A stretch of 64,000 bases of DNA from Candidatus Enterousia sp. GTDB taxonomy: Bacteria; Pseudomonadota; Alphaproteobacteria; Rs-D84. Location of the stretch: assembly GCA_045546155.1 (NCBI GenBank), contig JAZQCG010000003.1, positions 4,727-68,726 on the forward strand. The letters run 5' to 3'. This document shows, piece after piece, positions 1 to 9,085 of this stretch. Both the position numbers and the translations under genes were made by a program. The notes beneath the pieces are model-generated. The model saw nothing but the letters and a program-made list of their open reading frames with translations, had not been told where the DNA came from and did no database searches. Position 1 is the first letter of the stretch; every line of letters starts with the position of its first letter.

Positions 1-140
1 CACCCGGGAATTGAGCCCGTAGGGTTCGGGGCGTCAGTTGGCGAAAACAATCGAAAGCGAAGTTTAAGCCATACGTAGCGAATGGGGCCCATAGAGCCAT
101 TGGCGAATATGGGGATTTACATTCCCGTCGGCCGCTGCCA
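1..140 (-). ncRNA. Candidate structured ncRNA, possibly 6S RNA (truncated by the window edge; strand uncertain)
   Basis: Non-coding and GC-rich. CGGGAAT (5-11) is complementary to ATTCCCG (121-127). Minus-strand motifs ATCCCC, GGCTTAAA and CCGAACCCTACGGGCTCAA resemble 6S central-bubble motifs in the right order. The plus strand ends in CCA, so the other strand is not excluded. Confidence 0.4.
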
Positions 141-173
141 AATTTCATAAACGTAACACGTTTATGAAATTTG
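139..173. repeat. Perfect 16-bp inverted repeat (operator or hairpin)
   Basis: CAAATTTCATAAACGT-aac-ACGTTTATGAAATTTG, 10 bp before the ATG at 184. Confidence 0.8.
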
Positions 174-183
174 TGGTGATGTT

Positions 184-915
184 ATGAATATTCGAAATTT
201 ACTGTCTAATATTATTTGTGGGTTTGTGCCTGGGAAATCGCGTCGCGATTTGGTGCGTGTTCGGTTGCGCTATAATACACGTGTGTTTGTTAAATTTGTA
301 CGTGACTATTTTGGCGATTCAAAATTGCCGATTAAGACATGTGTAGGATTTGGGTGCAGTAATTTTATCGTATTGGTTGGCTCACAGTACGCGTTTAAGT
401 TTCCATTGCGCGACGATGGTGCAGCGCGGGCACTGCGTGAATTGCGGATAACGACCGCTTTGCGCAAATATACAACCTTCAAGATTCCAGAAATGGAAAT
501 CATCAAATGGAACGGAATTGCAGTTCGTAAATACGAATTTTTCCGTGGGGTTACATTAAATGAAATTCCACCACGTGTTGCGATGGCAAATCGTCACCAT
601 ATTGCGCGTCAAATTGCCTTGTTCTTGTACCAGGTTGGCACCGCCGATCCGGCCTCTATTCGTGATTTAAAACCTAAAAAGACAGATAAGCCGGGCTTTT
701 TATATGGTTGGTTTCATAACGACATTGGGGCGAATTTTATCATAGACCCAGAAACATTTGATATTGTTGGTTTTATTGACTGGGAAGGGGCTGAGTTTTG
801 TTCGTTTGATGCTGGTTTATATATGGCGGATCATTTTTGGGATAAATATGGTTACCGTGGGATGGTGGTCGATATTATGGCGCATTATGCCAGGTTGTAT
901 TATAGCAACAAATAA
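184..915 (+). CDS. Aminoglycoside phosphotransferase/choline kinase-like (APH family) protein
   Basis: Brenner-type motif FHNDIGANFI and GFIDWE; YAFKFP lysine motif. Confidence 0.75.
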   Translation: MNIRNLLSNIICGFVPGKSRRDLVRVRLRYNTRVFVKFVRDYFGDSKLPIKTCVGFGCSNFIVLVGSQYAFKFPLRDDGAARALRELRITTALRKYTTFKIPEMEIIKWNGIAVRKYEFFRGVTLNEIPPRVAMANRHHIARQIALFLYQVGTADPASIRDLKPKKTDKPGFLYGWFHNDIGANFIIDPETFDIVGFIDWEGAEFCSFDAGLYMADHFWDKYGYRGMVVDIMAHYARLYYSNK

Positions 916-1058
916 TTGCTGTATACGTGCGCGTTTTGGTGTTTACAGACCTTTGCAAAAGTGTTATAATAATACAAAGTATGTATGCTTTATGTCGTAC
1001 ATAAATGCATAAAAAGTACGGATTTCTGGGCATGTCCCAGGCACGGGGGAGTGTAAAT

Positions 1059-3557
1059 ATGACAAGTCGTAAATTTTCAAGTTGTTGTAAAAATGCCATT
1101 GGCACGGTCTTTTTATTGGGCGGTGCGTTTTTGACATGTTCGACATTGATGTCGATGCGTGCGGCATTTGCAGATCCGATTGCGCCGGTAAATGCGGATA
1201 CAATTTCTCCGCGTGCCCAGCGTGCTGGTAATGCAACACGTTCTGGCCGTGCCAGTCCGCGCACCACAACCGCAACAACGACTGTATCGCGTGGCACAAC
1301 TGCTACGACCACCCCATCACGTGCAACGACTTCACGTGGTCTGGCAACACGTACAACAACACGTACAACGACAACTGCGCCATCGCGCAACGTGGTTGCA
1401 CGTACAGCAACAACGGCGGCAACGCGTACAACAGCAAATCGTTCTGGACGCACCGTTCGTGCACGTAACGTAGATACTTCGCGTGTTTCATTGCAAGGTT
1501 CTGCCCTGCGTGGGTCCAAGGCTTCAACCACGAATTATAGTTATTTAAATAGCAAGCTTTATACAGGCAATTACTCAAATATTATCGATTCCAGCACAGG
1601 TCTGATTTCCGCAGATGCGTTCAATAATTGTATGGAATCATACTACACATGTATGGACGAAATTTGTACAGCGCGTAACGCGGCACAACGTCGTTGTGCA
1701 TGCGCTGGTCGTGTCAAAGCCTTTGCAGAGGCCGAAGCCCAACTGGAAACCGCAAACGAAGAATTGATTAAGGTTTCTGGGGAATTGGCATTGTTAATCG
1801 CGAACAAGGGCAAAGATATTTCTTCTGCGTTCCAATTGACCGATGCTGAAAAAGTTATGAACTGTGTTTCCTGGAAAGATGTCACAACACAATATGGTGC
1901 AAGTTCTGACCAGGCCAAAGAATGGTGTTCAAACCACGGCTTTTATGGCGCAGATGGCAAAGCTGTTTCGACATGTGCCCAGCCATCATATTGTACAACC
2001 AACGATTTTGGATTTAATATCGCGAACATAGACGGATCAAGTTCGGATATCTTGGCATCCCTGCAAGCCTGGGCCAAGGCCAAAGATCAAACCGTTACAA
2101 TCCTGAAAGATAACAAAGACGATTTGATGTCTGCTTTTGAAGGTATTTCCAACGTTGTTGGTAATTTGGCAGGTATCAGCGGATCTATGGCGGATGAAAA
2201 TCTGAAAGATTCCTTGGCGGAAACGTGGGGATATGAATTGTTTGAATATGCGCACAATAACGTATGTTCACGCGTTCTGGATTCATGCTTTAACGGTATT
2301 TATGAAGCATGCGGAACACCACCATCCGGTGGTCGCAAATGTGGCAATGGTCAATCCCAGTGCCCATATAATTACAACAGCCAGATTACCGTAAACAATA
2401 CCGGTACGTATGAATTGAATTTTGTAACCGCAAACAGTGGCTATACAACGTCTAATTCTGCGACATGCTTTGGTTATTCGACCGCATCGGGCGATCCATA
2501 TGCATCTTTGCGTGGGCCGGTTGCTGATGCTCGTCGCAGCATTATGCAAAAATATGCACTGGATGCGAACGCGGACTGTGACGTTTATGGTGAACAGTTG
2601 CGTCAAACTGCACAAAATATCAGTTATCAAAAGGTTGCCGCCCAACAGGCTCTGCAACAAAAACGTTTGGAATTTGATACCGCTGAAAAAGAATCAATCT
2701 TGTCATCTGCGGTCGCGGCGGGTACAAATTTCAATAACTGTTTAAGTGAAATTTACGATTGCTATGAAACGCAACGTCGTGCAGAGGCAAACTGGTCCGA
2801 TACGCGTATCAAAACATACTGTGCCCAGGTCGCAAACGTTCCATCGTGCTACGAAGAAATGATTTGTAACCCATCGATGGCACAATTTAAAGCGGTTATT
2901 GACGAAGCAGACAGTACGACTTGTATGAATTCTCAGGATTATACCAAGAATACCTGTCGCAATGTCGTCACATTGAACGAAATCTTGAATGGTACGGGTA
3001 TGGCGCCTGCAAATATTGCGGCCGAAACAACTGGTGCCTCTGCGGCAATGCGTGAACAGTGTATGCTTGAAAACGGTGTCGCGGAAATTCGTGACTGGAC
3101 GCGTGTCTTAGAAGACACAAATAACAACGCCACACGTTGCTCAGTTAATGAATTATACGCGATTGATCCAAATGCGCGCAGTGGTGTAAAAAATGGTTCG
3201 ACCTGTATTATTCAGTCGTGTAATACGGGTTATACATTGTCAAACAACAAATGTATTGCCAACAAAACGGATTGCACATCATCAATTGAAAATGCGGCAT
3301 CTGCGGTTATGACATTGGATAATAATGGTAAATGGTCGACCTGTGAATTGGTAGAATGTTTGCCGAATTACAACAAATCTGGCAATAAATGTGTTGCCGC
3401 GTCCCAGTCTTGTCACCCAGATACATTGAAATTAAATCACGCGACGGCTGGTACACAAACCTGGAACGGCAGTGCCTGGGGAACTTGTGAGTTTTCTGCT
3501 TGTGAGTCTGGTTATAATTTAACAGACGGTCGTTGTGTCCAGGTCGCCACAGAATAA
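1059..3557 (+). CDS. Large secreted Cys-rich protein with Thr/Arg-rich low-complexity stalk and C-terminal Cys repeats
   Basis: 850-aa ORF from 1005; ATG 1059 follows GGGGGAG. Hydrophobic N-terminal signal, T/R-rich tract, C-terminal repeats of the form C..SC..GY.L...KC. Confidence 0.85.
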   Translation: MTSRKFSSCCKNAIGTVFLLGGAFLTCSTLMSMRAAFADPIAPVNADTISPRAQRAGNATRSGRASPRTTTATTTVSRGTTATTTPSRATTSRGLATRTTTRTTTTAPSRNVVARTATTAATRTTANRSGRTVRARNVDTSRVSLQGSALRGSKASTTNYSYLNSKLYTGNYSNIIDSSTGLISADAFNNCMESYYTCMDEICTARNAAQRRCACAGRVKAFAEAEAQLETANEELIKVSGELALLIANKGKDISSAFQLTDAEKVMNCVSWKDVTTQYGASSDQAKEWCSNHGFYGADGKAVSTCAQPSYCTTNDFGFNIANIDGSSSDILASLQAWAKAKDQTVTILKDNKDDLMSAFEGISNVVGNLAGISGSMADENLKDSLAETWGYELFEYAHNNVCSRVLDSCFNGIYEACGTPPSGGRKCGNGQSQCPYNYNSQITVNNTGTYELNFVTANSGYTTSNSATCFGYSTASGDPYASLRGPVADARRSIMQKYALDANADCDVYGEQLRQTAQNISYQKVAAQQALQQKRLEFDTAEKESILSSAVAAGTNFNNCLSEIYDCYETQRRAEANWSDTRIKTYCAQVANVPSCYEEMICNPSMAQFKAVIDEADSTTCMNSQDYTKNTCRNVVTLNEILNGTGMAPANIAAETTGASAAMREQCMLENGVAEIRDWTRVLEDTNNNATRCSVNELYAIDPNARSGVKNGSTCIIQSCNTGYTLSNNKCIANKTDCTSSIENAASAVMTLDNNGKWSTCELVECLPNYNKSGNKCVAASQSCHPDTLKLNHATAGTQTWNGSAWGTCEFSACESGYNLTDGRCVQVATE

Positions 3558-3558
3558 T

Positions 3559-3584
3559 AAAATCCCCCGTTTGGGGGATTTTTT
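3559..3584 (+). terminator. Intrinsic terminator
   Basis: AAAATCCCCC-gttt-GGGGGATTTT followed by T-run. Confidence 0.85.
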
Positions 3585-3632
3585 AATTGCGAAATATGCT
3601 AAAAATATCCTATGCTATCCCGCGAAGGGAAT

Positions 3633-4532
3633 ATGGATATGAATCAAGAGTTTAAAAATAAATTATTGGCAATGCGTCCCGCGCGACCGCGTACAATTGC
3701 CTTGGCGGCGGCCGAAGATGTCGATGCGCTGCGCGCGGTGTGTGTGGCACACGATATGGGGTTTGTAAATGCCGTTTTGTGTGGGGATGAAAATAAAATA
3801 AAAAGCCTGGCGGCAAAAAACGATCTGAATATATCAGGGTTTGAAATTATTCATTGTGCTGATGACGTTTCTGCGGCGGCATGCGCGACTGGTTTGGTGC
3901 GTGATGGACGTGCTGATATTTTGATGAAGGGGTTGGTTCACACCGCTGATATTTTACGTGCTGTGCTGAATCGTGAAACGGGGATTCGTGGGGATGGTAT
4001 TTTATCGCACGTGTCTGTGCTGTATTCCCCATCGCGCAATCGCACATTATTTTTGACCGATATTGCGATGGTCATGTATCCTGATTTAGAAACCAAGGTT
4101 AATTTAATAAATAATGCGGTGAATTTTGCGCACCACATGGGGGTGGATATGCCACGGGTTGCCCCCCTGTGCGCGGTTGAAACATTAAATCCAAAGATGC
4201 AGGCAACTGTTGATGCAGCGGCCCTGCGTCAAATGAACGAACGCGGTGAAATAAAAAACTGTATCGTGTCTGGGCCGATTGCGTTTGATATCGCGGTGTC
4301 GCGTCGCGCGGCGGACAAAAAGGGTGTTGCCGGCCCAATATCGGGTGATGCAGACATATTGCTGTTTCATAATATAGAAGCTGGCAATAATACGATTAAA
4401 GCAATGGTTCAATTTGGCGATTGGGTGTTTGGCGGGGTTGTCTTGGGGGCGCGTGCACCAATTGTATTAAATTCCCGCTCTGATTCAGACGTGTCAAAAT
4501 TGTATTCAATCTGTTGTGCGTGTACACTGTAA
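3633..4532 (+). CDS. ptb: Phosphate butyryltransferase / phosphate acyltransferase
   Basis: ADILMKGLVHT, GPIAFDIAVS, ADILLFHNIEAGN and GARAPIVLNSRSD motifs of the PTA/PTB family (alternative start 3612). Confidence 0.85.
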   Translation: MDMNQEFKNKLLAMRPARPRTIALAAAEDVDALRAVCVAHDMGFVNAVLCGDENKIKSLAAKNDLNISGFEIIHCADDVSAAACATGLVRDGRADILMKGLVHTADILRAVLNRETGIRGDGILSHVSVLYSPSRNRTLFLTDIAMVMYPDLETKVNLINNAVNFAHHMGVDMPRVAPLCAVETLNPKMQATVDAAALRQMNERGEIKNCIVSGPIAFDIAVSRRAADKKGVAGPISGDADILLFHNIEAGNNTIKAMVQFGDWVFGGVVLGARAPIVLNSRSDSDVSKLYSICCACTL

Positions 4533-4595
4533 AAAGGCTTGACAATGTCAAAAAATCGTCCACAATAAAATTCAATTAATAAAAAGGACTTTATT

Positions 4596-5051
4596 ATGAC
4601 CTATCTTGATATTGCGCCAACGATAAAACAGACATATTGCCCGCGTCAGTATTTTTATATGTCGCCTGAATTCAAGGAAACAGATTTCTTTGTGAAATAT
4701 TGTGCATCTGTACCATGCCGTGGTGATATTTGTCGTAATCGCGCAGCATGCTGGGAAATGTTGATTAAACGTGGCCCATATGTCCAAGATGATATGATAA
4801 CCGTGTCCCAAGAACCGATATGCCCATCTGATTTCTATGGTCGTTTGGCGGAATATGCACACGATTGTTGTATATCCCCCGAAGCGGCATTTAAACAATA
4901 CTGGGCTGAATTTGGTCGAACTGAATTTTGTGCGCACACGTGCCCAATGTCGTCAACTCATTGCCTGGGCAAAACATTAAAAGGGCGCGATTGGTTTGAA
5001 AATAAATGTTGGCCAAATTTATTGGCAGAATTAAAAGTTAAGCAAAAATAA
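4596..5051 (+). CDS. Hypothetical Cys-rich protein (12 Cys)
   Basis: 151-aa ORF with AAGGA RBS, own TTGACA promoter (4539) and terminator (5050-5080). Confidence 0.75.
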   Translation: MTYLDIAPTIKQTYCPRQYFYMSPEFKETDFFVKYCASVPCRGDICRNRAACWEMLIKRGPYVQDDMITVSQEPICPSDFYGRLAEYAHDCCISPEAAFKQYWAEFGRTEFCAHTCPMSSTHCLGKTLKGRDWFENKCWPNLLAELKVKQK

Positions 5052-5080
5052 AAAAATCGGTTTTTATACCGATTTTTTTT
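5050..5080 (+). terminator. Intrinsic terminator
   Basis: AAAAAAATCGG-tttttata-CCGATTTTTTTT. Confidence 0.7.
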
Positions 5081-5146
5081 CTTGCAATTCGGCTTATCAT
5101 GCCCCACAATCGGTGGGCATTTTTAATTTAAACGCAAGGAGAAACC

Positions 5147-7807
5147 ATGAGCAATAAATGGGTATATACCTTTGGTAATGGCCAGGCCGAAGGTCAGGCA
5201 GATATGAAAAATCTGCTGGGTGGCAAAGGTGCAAACTTGGCTGAAATGAACTTGGTTGGATTGCCGGTGCCGGCGGGCTTTACGGTAACAACCGATGTAT
5301 GTAAATACTATTATGAAAATGGGCAAACATATCCCGTTGATTTAATGGACCAGGTGCGCAGTGGTATCGCACACGTTGAATCCATCATGGGTAAAAAGTT
5401 TGCAGACTTGGAAAACCCATTGTTGGTTTCGGTTCGTTCGGGCGCACGCGTATCTATGCCTGGTATGATGGACACTGTATTGAATTTGGGCTTGAACGAT
5501 GACACGGTCAAGGCATTGGCAAAAATTTCTGGCAACGAACGTTTTGCATATGATTCATATCGTCGCTTTATCATGATGTTCAGCGAAGTTGTTATGGGTG
5601 CAGACATTGATTTGTTCGAACACACCCTGGAACGCATGAAGGAAGACAAGGGTTACAAACTGGATACAGAATTGACCGCCGACGATTTGAAAGACTTGGT
5701 TGAAAAGTTCAAAGAAATCGGCATTAAAATTGGCAAAGTTTTCCCACAAGATCCATGGAAACAGTTGGAAATGGGTATTGGTGCGGTATTCGGCTCTTGG
5801 ATGAGCAAAAAGGCCATCACATATCGTAAATTGAACAACATCCCGGCTGATTGGGGTACTGCTGTTAATGTCCAGGCAATGGTATTCGGTAATTCTGGCG
5901 AAGATTCTGCAACCGGCGTATGTTTCAGTCGTGACCCAGCTACCGGTGAAAACAAATATTATGGTGAATACCTGATTAATGCCCAGGGTGAAGACGTTGT
6001 GGCGGGTATTCGCACACCACAGCCAATGAGCAAGGATGATTCAGGCCGTCTGTCTTTGGAAGAAGCGATGCCAGCAGTATATGCCGAACTGTGTGATGTT
6101 CGTGAAAAACTGGAAAAGCATTACAAAGATATGCAGGACATGGAATTCACAATCGAACATGGAAAATTGTGGATGTTACAGTGCCGTAATGGTAAACGTA
6201 CTGCGGCCGCTGCTGTCCGTATGGCGGTTGAAATGGTATCCGAAGGTCTGTTGACCAAAGAAGAAGCCATCCTGCGCGTTGGTGCAGATCAATTGGATCA
6301 CTTGTTGCACCCAATGCTAGATCCAAAAGCAGAAAAGAAAGTTATCGCAACTGGCTTGCCTGCATCCCCAGGTGCAGCCGTTGGTCAGGCTGTGTTTAAT
6401 GCAGAGGATGCAGAACGGTGGGCATCCGAAGGTAAAAAGGTTATGTTAATCCGTATCGAAACATCACCCGAAGATATCGCCGGTATGAACGCGGCCCAGG
6501 GTGTTATCACGGCACGTGGTGGTATGACATCACACGCAGCGGTGGTTGCACGTGGTATGGGTACACCATGCGTATCGGGTTCGCCAGACATCAAAATCGA
6601 TTATGAATCCAAAACATTGAAAACAACATCTGGTGTTGTTATTAACGAAGGTGACTGGATTTCAATCGACGGTGCCAAGGGACAGATTATCGAAGGCAAA
6701 ATCCCAACTGTATCTGTGGAATTGACGGGTAACTTTGGTACATTGATGGAATGGGTTGACCAGATTAAGACATTAACGGTCAAGGCAAACGCTGAAACAC
6801 CAAAAGATGCCAAACAGGCACGCGACTTTGGCGCCGAAGGTATCGGTTTGGCACGTACAGAACACATGTTCTTTGACCCATCCCGCATCCAAGATATGCG
6901 CGAAATGATTCTGGCCGAGGACGAAGCCGGTCGCCGTGCAGCATTGGCAAAACTGTTGCCATATCAGAAATCAGACTTTGTAGAATTGTTCAAGATTATG
7001 GACGGCCTGCCGGTTACAATCCGTTTGATTGACCCACCGCTACATGAATTCTTGCCACATACAGATGCTGAAATCGAAGAATTAGCGGCACACATTGGCA
7101 AATCTGTTGAATTCATCAAAGCGCGCGCAGAAACATTGCACGAACAGAATCCAATGTTGGGTCATCGTGGTTGCCGCTTGGCGATTACATACCCAGAAAT
7201 CTGCGAAATGCAGACACGCGCGATTCTGTCGGCTGCATTGGAAGTTAAAAAGGCTGGCATCCGCGTATTCCCAGAAATCGAAGTTCCATTGGTTGGCTCT
7301 AAAAAAGAAGTCGATATTGTCAAAGCTGTTATCGATGCAACCGCCCAATCATTGTTCGCGGAAACGGGTGAATCTGTTGAATACACGGTCGGTTCTATGA
7401 TTGAATTGCCACGCGCAGCGGTCTTGGCAAATGAAATCGCAGAATCTTGTGAATTCTTTGAATTTGGAACAAACGACCTGACCCAGACAACATTGGGGAT
7501 GAGCCGTGACGACACCGCCAAGATTTTGGATGAATATCGTGCCCGTGGTGTATACGTTGCAGATCCATTTGCATCCGTCGACCAATTGGGTGTTGGCTTG
7601 CTGATTAAAGACGCGGTTAACAAAGCCCGCGCGACCAAGGGCGAAAATATCCACCTGGGCGTATGTGGTGAACACGGTGGCGATCCAGAATCCATCGCAT
7701 TCTTCCACCAGTGCGGATTTAACTCGGTCTCTTGTTCGCCGTTCCGCGTGCCAATCGCACGTCTGGCTGCGGCCCAGGCGGCGGTTAAATACCCACGCAA
7801 GAACTAA
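5147..7807 (+). CDS. ppdK: Pyruvate, phosphate dikinase
   Basis: LLGGKGANLAEM, SVRSGA, RGGMTSHAAVVARG (phospho-His), FGTNDLTQ, GVCGEHGGDP. Confidence 0.98.
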   Translation: MSNKWVYTFGNGQAEGQADMKNLLGGKGANLAEMNLVGLPVPAGFTVTTDVCKYYYENGQTYPVDLMDQVRSGIAHVESIMGKKFADLENPLLVSVRSGARVSMPGMMDTVLNLGLNDDTVKALAKISGNERFAYDSYRRFIMMFSEVVMGADIDLFEHTLERMKEDKGYKLDTELTADDLKDLVEKFKEIGIKIGKVFPQDPWKQLEMGIGAVFGSWMSKKAITYRKLNNIPADWGTAVNVQAMVFGNSGEDSATGVCFSRDPATGENKYYGEYLINAQGEDVVAGIRTPQPMSKDDSGRLSLEEAMPAVYAELCDVREKLEKHYKDMQDMEFTIEHGKLWMLQCRNGKRTAAAAVRMAVEMVSEGLLTKEEAILRVGADQLDHLLHPMLDPKAEKKVIATGLPASPGAAVGQAVFNAEDAERWASEGKKVMLIRIETSPEDIAGMNAAQGVITARGGMTSHAAVVARGMGTPCVSGSPDIKIDYESKTLKTTSGVVINEGDWISIDGAKGQIIEGKIPTVSVELTGNFGTLMEWVDQIKTLTVKANAETPKDAKQARDFGAEGIGLARTEHMFFDPSRIQDMREMILAEDEAGRRAALAKLLPYQKSDFVELFKIMDGLPVTIRLIDPPLHEFLPHTDAEIEELAAHIGKSVEFIKARAETLHEQNPMLGHRGCRLAITYPEICEMQTRAILSAALEVKKAGIRVFPEIEVPLVGSKKEVDIVKAVIDATAQSLFAETGESVEYTVGSMIELPRAAVLANEIAESCEFFEFGTNDLTQTTLGMSRDDTAKILDEYRARGVYVADPFASVDQLGVGLLIKDAVNKARATKGENIHLGVCGEHGGDPESIAFFHQCGFNSVSCSPFRVPIARLAAAQAAVKYPRKN

Positions 7808-7834
7808 AAAAATCCCCCAGACGGGGGATTTTTT
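7806..7834. terminator. Bidirectional intrinsic terminator
   Basis: AAAAAATCCCCC-agac-GGGGGATTTTTT between convergent genes. Confidence 0.85.
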
Positions 7835-8105
7835 ATTCCATTGGGCACGCATCCGTAAATTCGTATGTGCCACTGTCATCGGTGTAAGATACCCCCGCCG
7901 GCGCATACATTATGCACGAACCTGACGGCGATGCCACCAGGCACGATTCCGCCGTACCGACGGAAATTGTGCCACTGGGGCAACTGGTCGCAATGGTTAA
8001 ATATTCTTCGTCAATCGCAACATAGCCCGATGGGCAACTGGTGATGGGCGCAGCGGCGTGCAACACCATCGGTATATACGCCAATAATAGGATTATTCGT
8101 TTCAT
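7833..8105 (-). CDS. Small secreted Cys-rich protein
   Basis: Signal peptide MKRIILLLAYIPMVLHA; internal repeat TSCPSG twice; 5 Cys; GGGGGG RBS. Confidence 0.8.
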   Translation of the reverse strand: MKRIILLLAYIPMVLHAAAPITSCPSGYVAIDEEYLTIATSCPSGTISVGTAESCLVASPSGSCIMYAPAGVSYTDDSGTYEFTDACPME

Positions 8106-8119
8106 TGTGCGCCCCCCCC

Positions 8120-8557
8120 TTAATCAGCCATGGTAGAGAACATTGCAGACCGGAATTTAGGAGTGTACATAGCGTTTGCCGCACAGTTATACGCACAGTT
8201 GTACGCGCAATTACCGACGGTTGCGCTGGCGAACACCCAGGACGACACGGCGGGACTGGTCATTTTACACCAGCAACTTGTATTGTCCGTATTAGAGGAA
8301 GTGCTTACTGTTGATAGGGTTGTTGCGGTGGTAACATCTGGGGCAGCAGTATTGGAACATGCAGCTATGCCTTTAATTGGTATTGTCGTGTCTGGGTCTG
8401 GCATACATGATGCTTCCCAGTCTGCCTTGCCATACCAGTTTGATATTGTTGATGAACATGTTGTGTTATTGGCGTTCAATGCCACGCATTTTTGTACGGC
8501 CACCGCTGGCGCGGCAAGTATTGCACCAACCGCGGTTAAAGTTAAAAGTTTTTTCAT
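8120..8557 (-). CDS. Small secreted Cys-rich protein (CWCxM..SSWVF..CAxxCAxxC..FR motif)
   Basis: Signal peptide MKKLLTLTAVGAILAAPAVA after AAGGAG RBS; 9 Cys. Confidence 0.85.
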   Translation of the reverse strand: MKKLLTLTAVGAILAAPAVAVQKCVALNANNTTCSSTISNWYGKADWEASCMPDPDTTIPIKGIAACSNTAAPDVTTATTLSTVSTSSNTDNTSCWCKMTSPAVSSWVFASATVGNCAYNCAYNCAANAMYTPKFRSAMFSTMAD

Positions 8558-8776
8558 TTGTTCAACTCCTTTCTTTTGTTTTATTCGCGAAAAAACAAAA
8601 ACCACTACGCAAAACGAAGTGGTCAGGAGGTTAGTAACAATCTAATAGAATTGTGTGCTTATTCAATATATTCGCAACCCTCCTGACCAAGAAAGTTCAG
8701 GAGTCATATTCATCCAAGCGATTTGGATGCTATTAGCACGGGTTACTACACCCCATTATGGCAAATCGCCATAACA
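8558..8776 (-). promoter_or_regulatory. Structured 5' leader/attenuator with c4/CI-antisense-like architecture
   Basis: Several hairpins, two loop-complementary elements, mutually exclusive stems, and a terminator ACCACTTCG-TTTTG-CGTAGTGGT-TTTTGTTTTTT before the RBS. Confidence 0.65.
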
Positions 8777-8781
8777 TACAC

Positions 8782-8810
8782 ATTATAACCAAATGTTTTT
8801 CTTTGTTCAA
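8782..8810 (-). promoter_or_regulatory. Sigma70 promoter
   Basis: TTGAAC-17 bp-TATAAT on the minus strand. Confidence 0.7.
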
Positions 8811-8834
8811 TGATTAGATAAATAAAAGTTTATC

Positions 8835-8938
8835 TTAGTGATTAGTGGTGAGCCGTAAGTGGAGAGTAGAAGCACTATGATGTGCGGCATTCGCCGCACA
8901 CCGACACTAACCACTAGCCACTTGCACTAACCACTAAA
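8835..8938. repeat. Heptamer-repeat inverted-repeat element, copy A
   Basis: TAGTGRT-type left arm and CACTAAC/CACTAGC right arm; core 8872-8897 matches the reverse complement of 22058-22083 at 25/26 nt. Confidence 0.75.
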
Positions 8939-8975
8939 CTGTTATTTATCTTCGCAAATTCATATCTTATAAAGG

Positions 8976-9001
8976 AATCCCGGCAAACGCCGGGATTTTT
9001 T
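8976..9001 (+). terminator. Orphan intrinsic terminator in a divergent intergenic region
   Basis: AATCCCGGC-aaac-GCCGGGATT-TTTT. Confidence 0.65.
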
Positions 9002-9085
9002 ATGGAATACACACCTAGTTATTTTTGAAAAATTACGTTGTATATATTAATCCCAAGGGCTTAACAAAACAAAGGGAGAAGATAT

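Noticed and set aside
100-140. tRNA or tmRNA 3' end (CCA at 138-140)
   Set aside because: No TTCRA T-loop, no CTCCACCA tmRNA end and no tag peptide ending in AA
875-1531. 218-aa minus-strand Val/Arg-rich ORF
   Set aside because: Mirror of the Thr/Arg low-complexity tract of the plus-strand 850-aa gene
7162-7906. Overlapping minus-strand ORFs (212 and 185 aa)
   Set aside because: Antisense to the conserved ppdK C-terminus
8120-8280. Complete diversity-generating retroelement
   Set aside because: No reverse transcriptase or second template copy in the window, and several spacer codons do not end in C/T; kept only as a hypothesis
8835-8938. Possible CRISPR array
   Set aside because: Units are 7-nt tandem repeats without unique spacers; no cas genes
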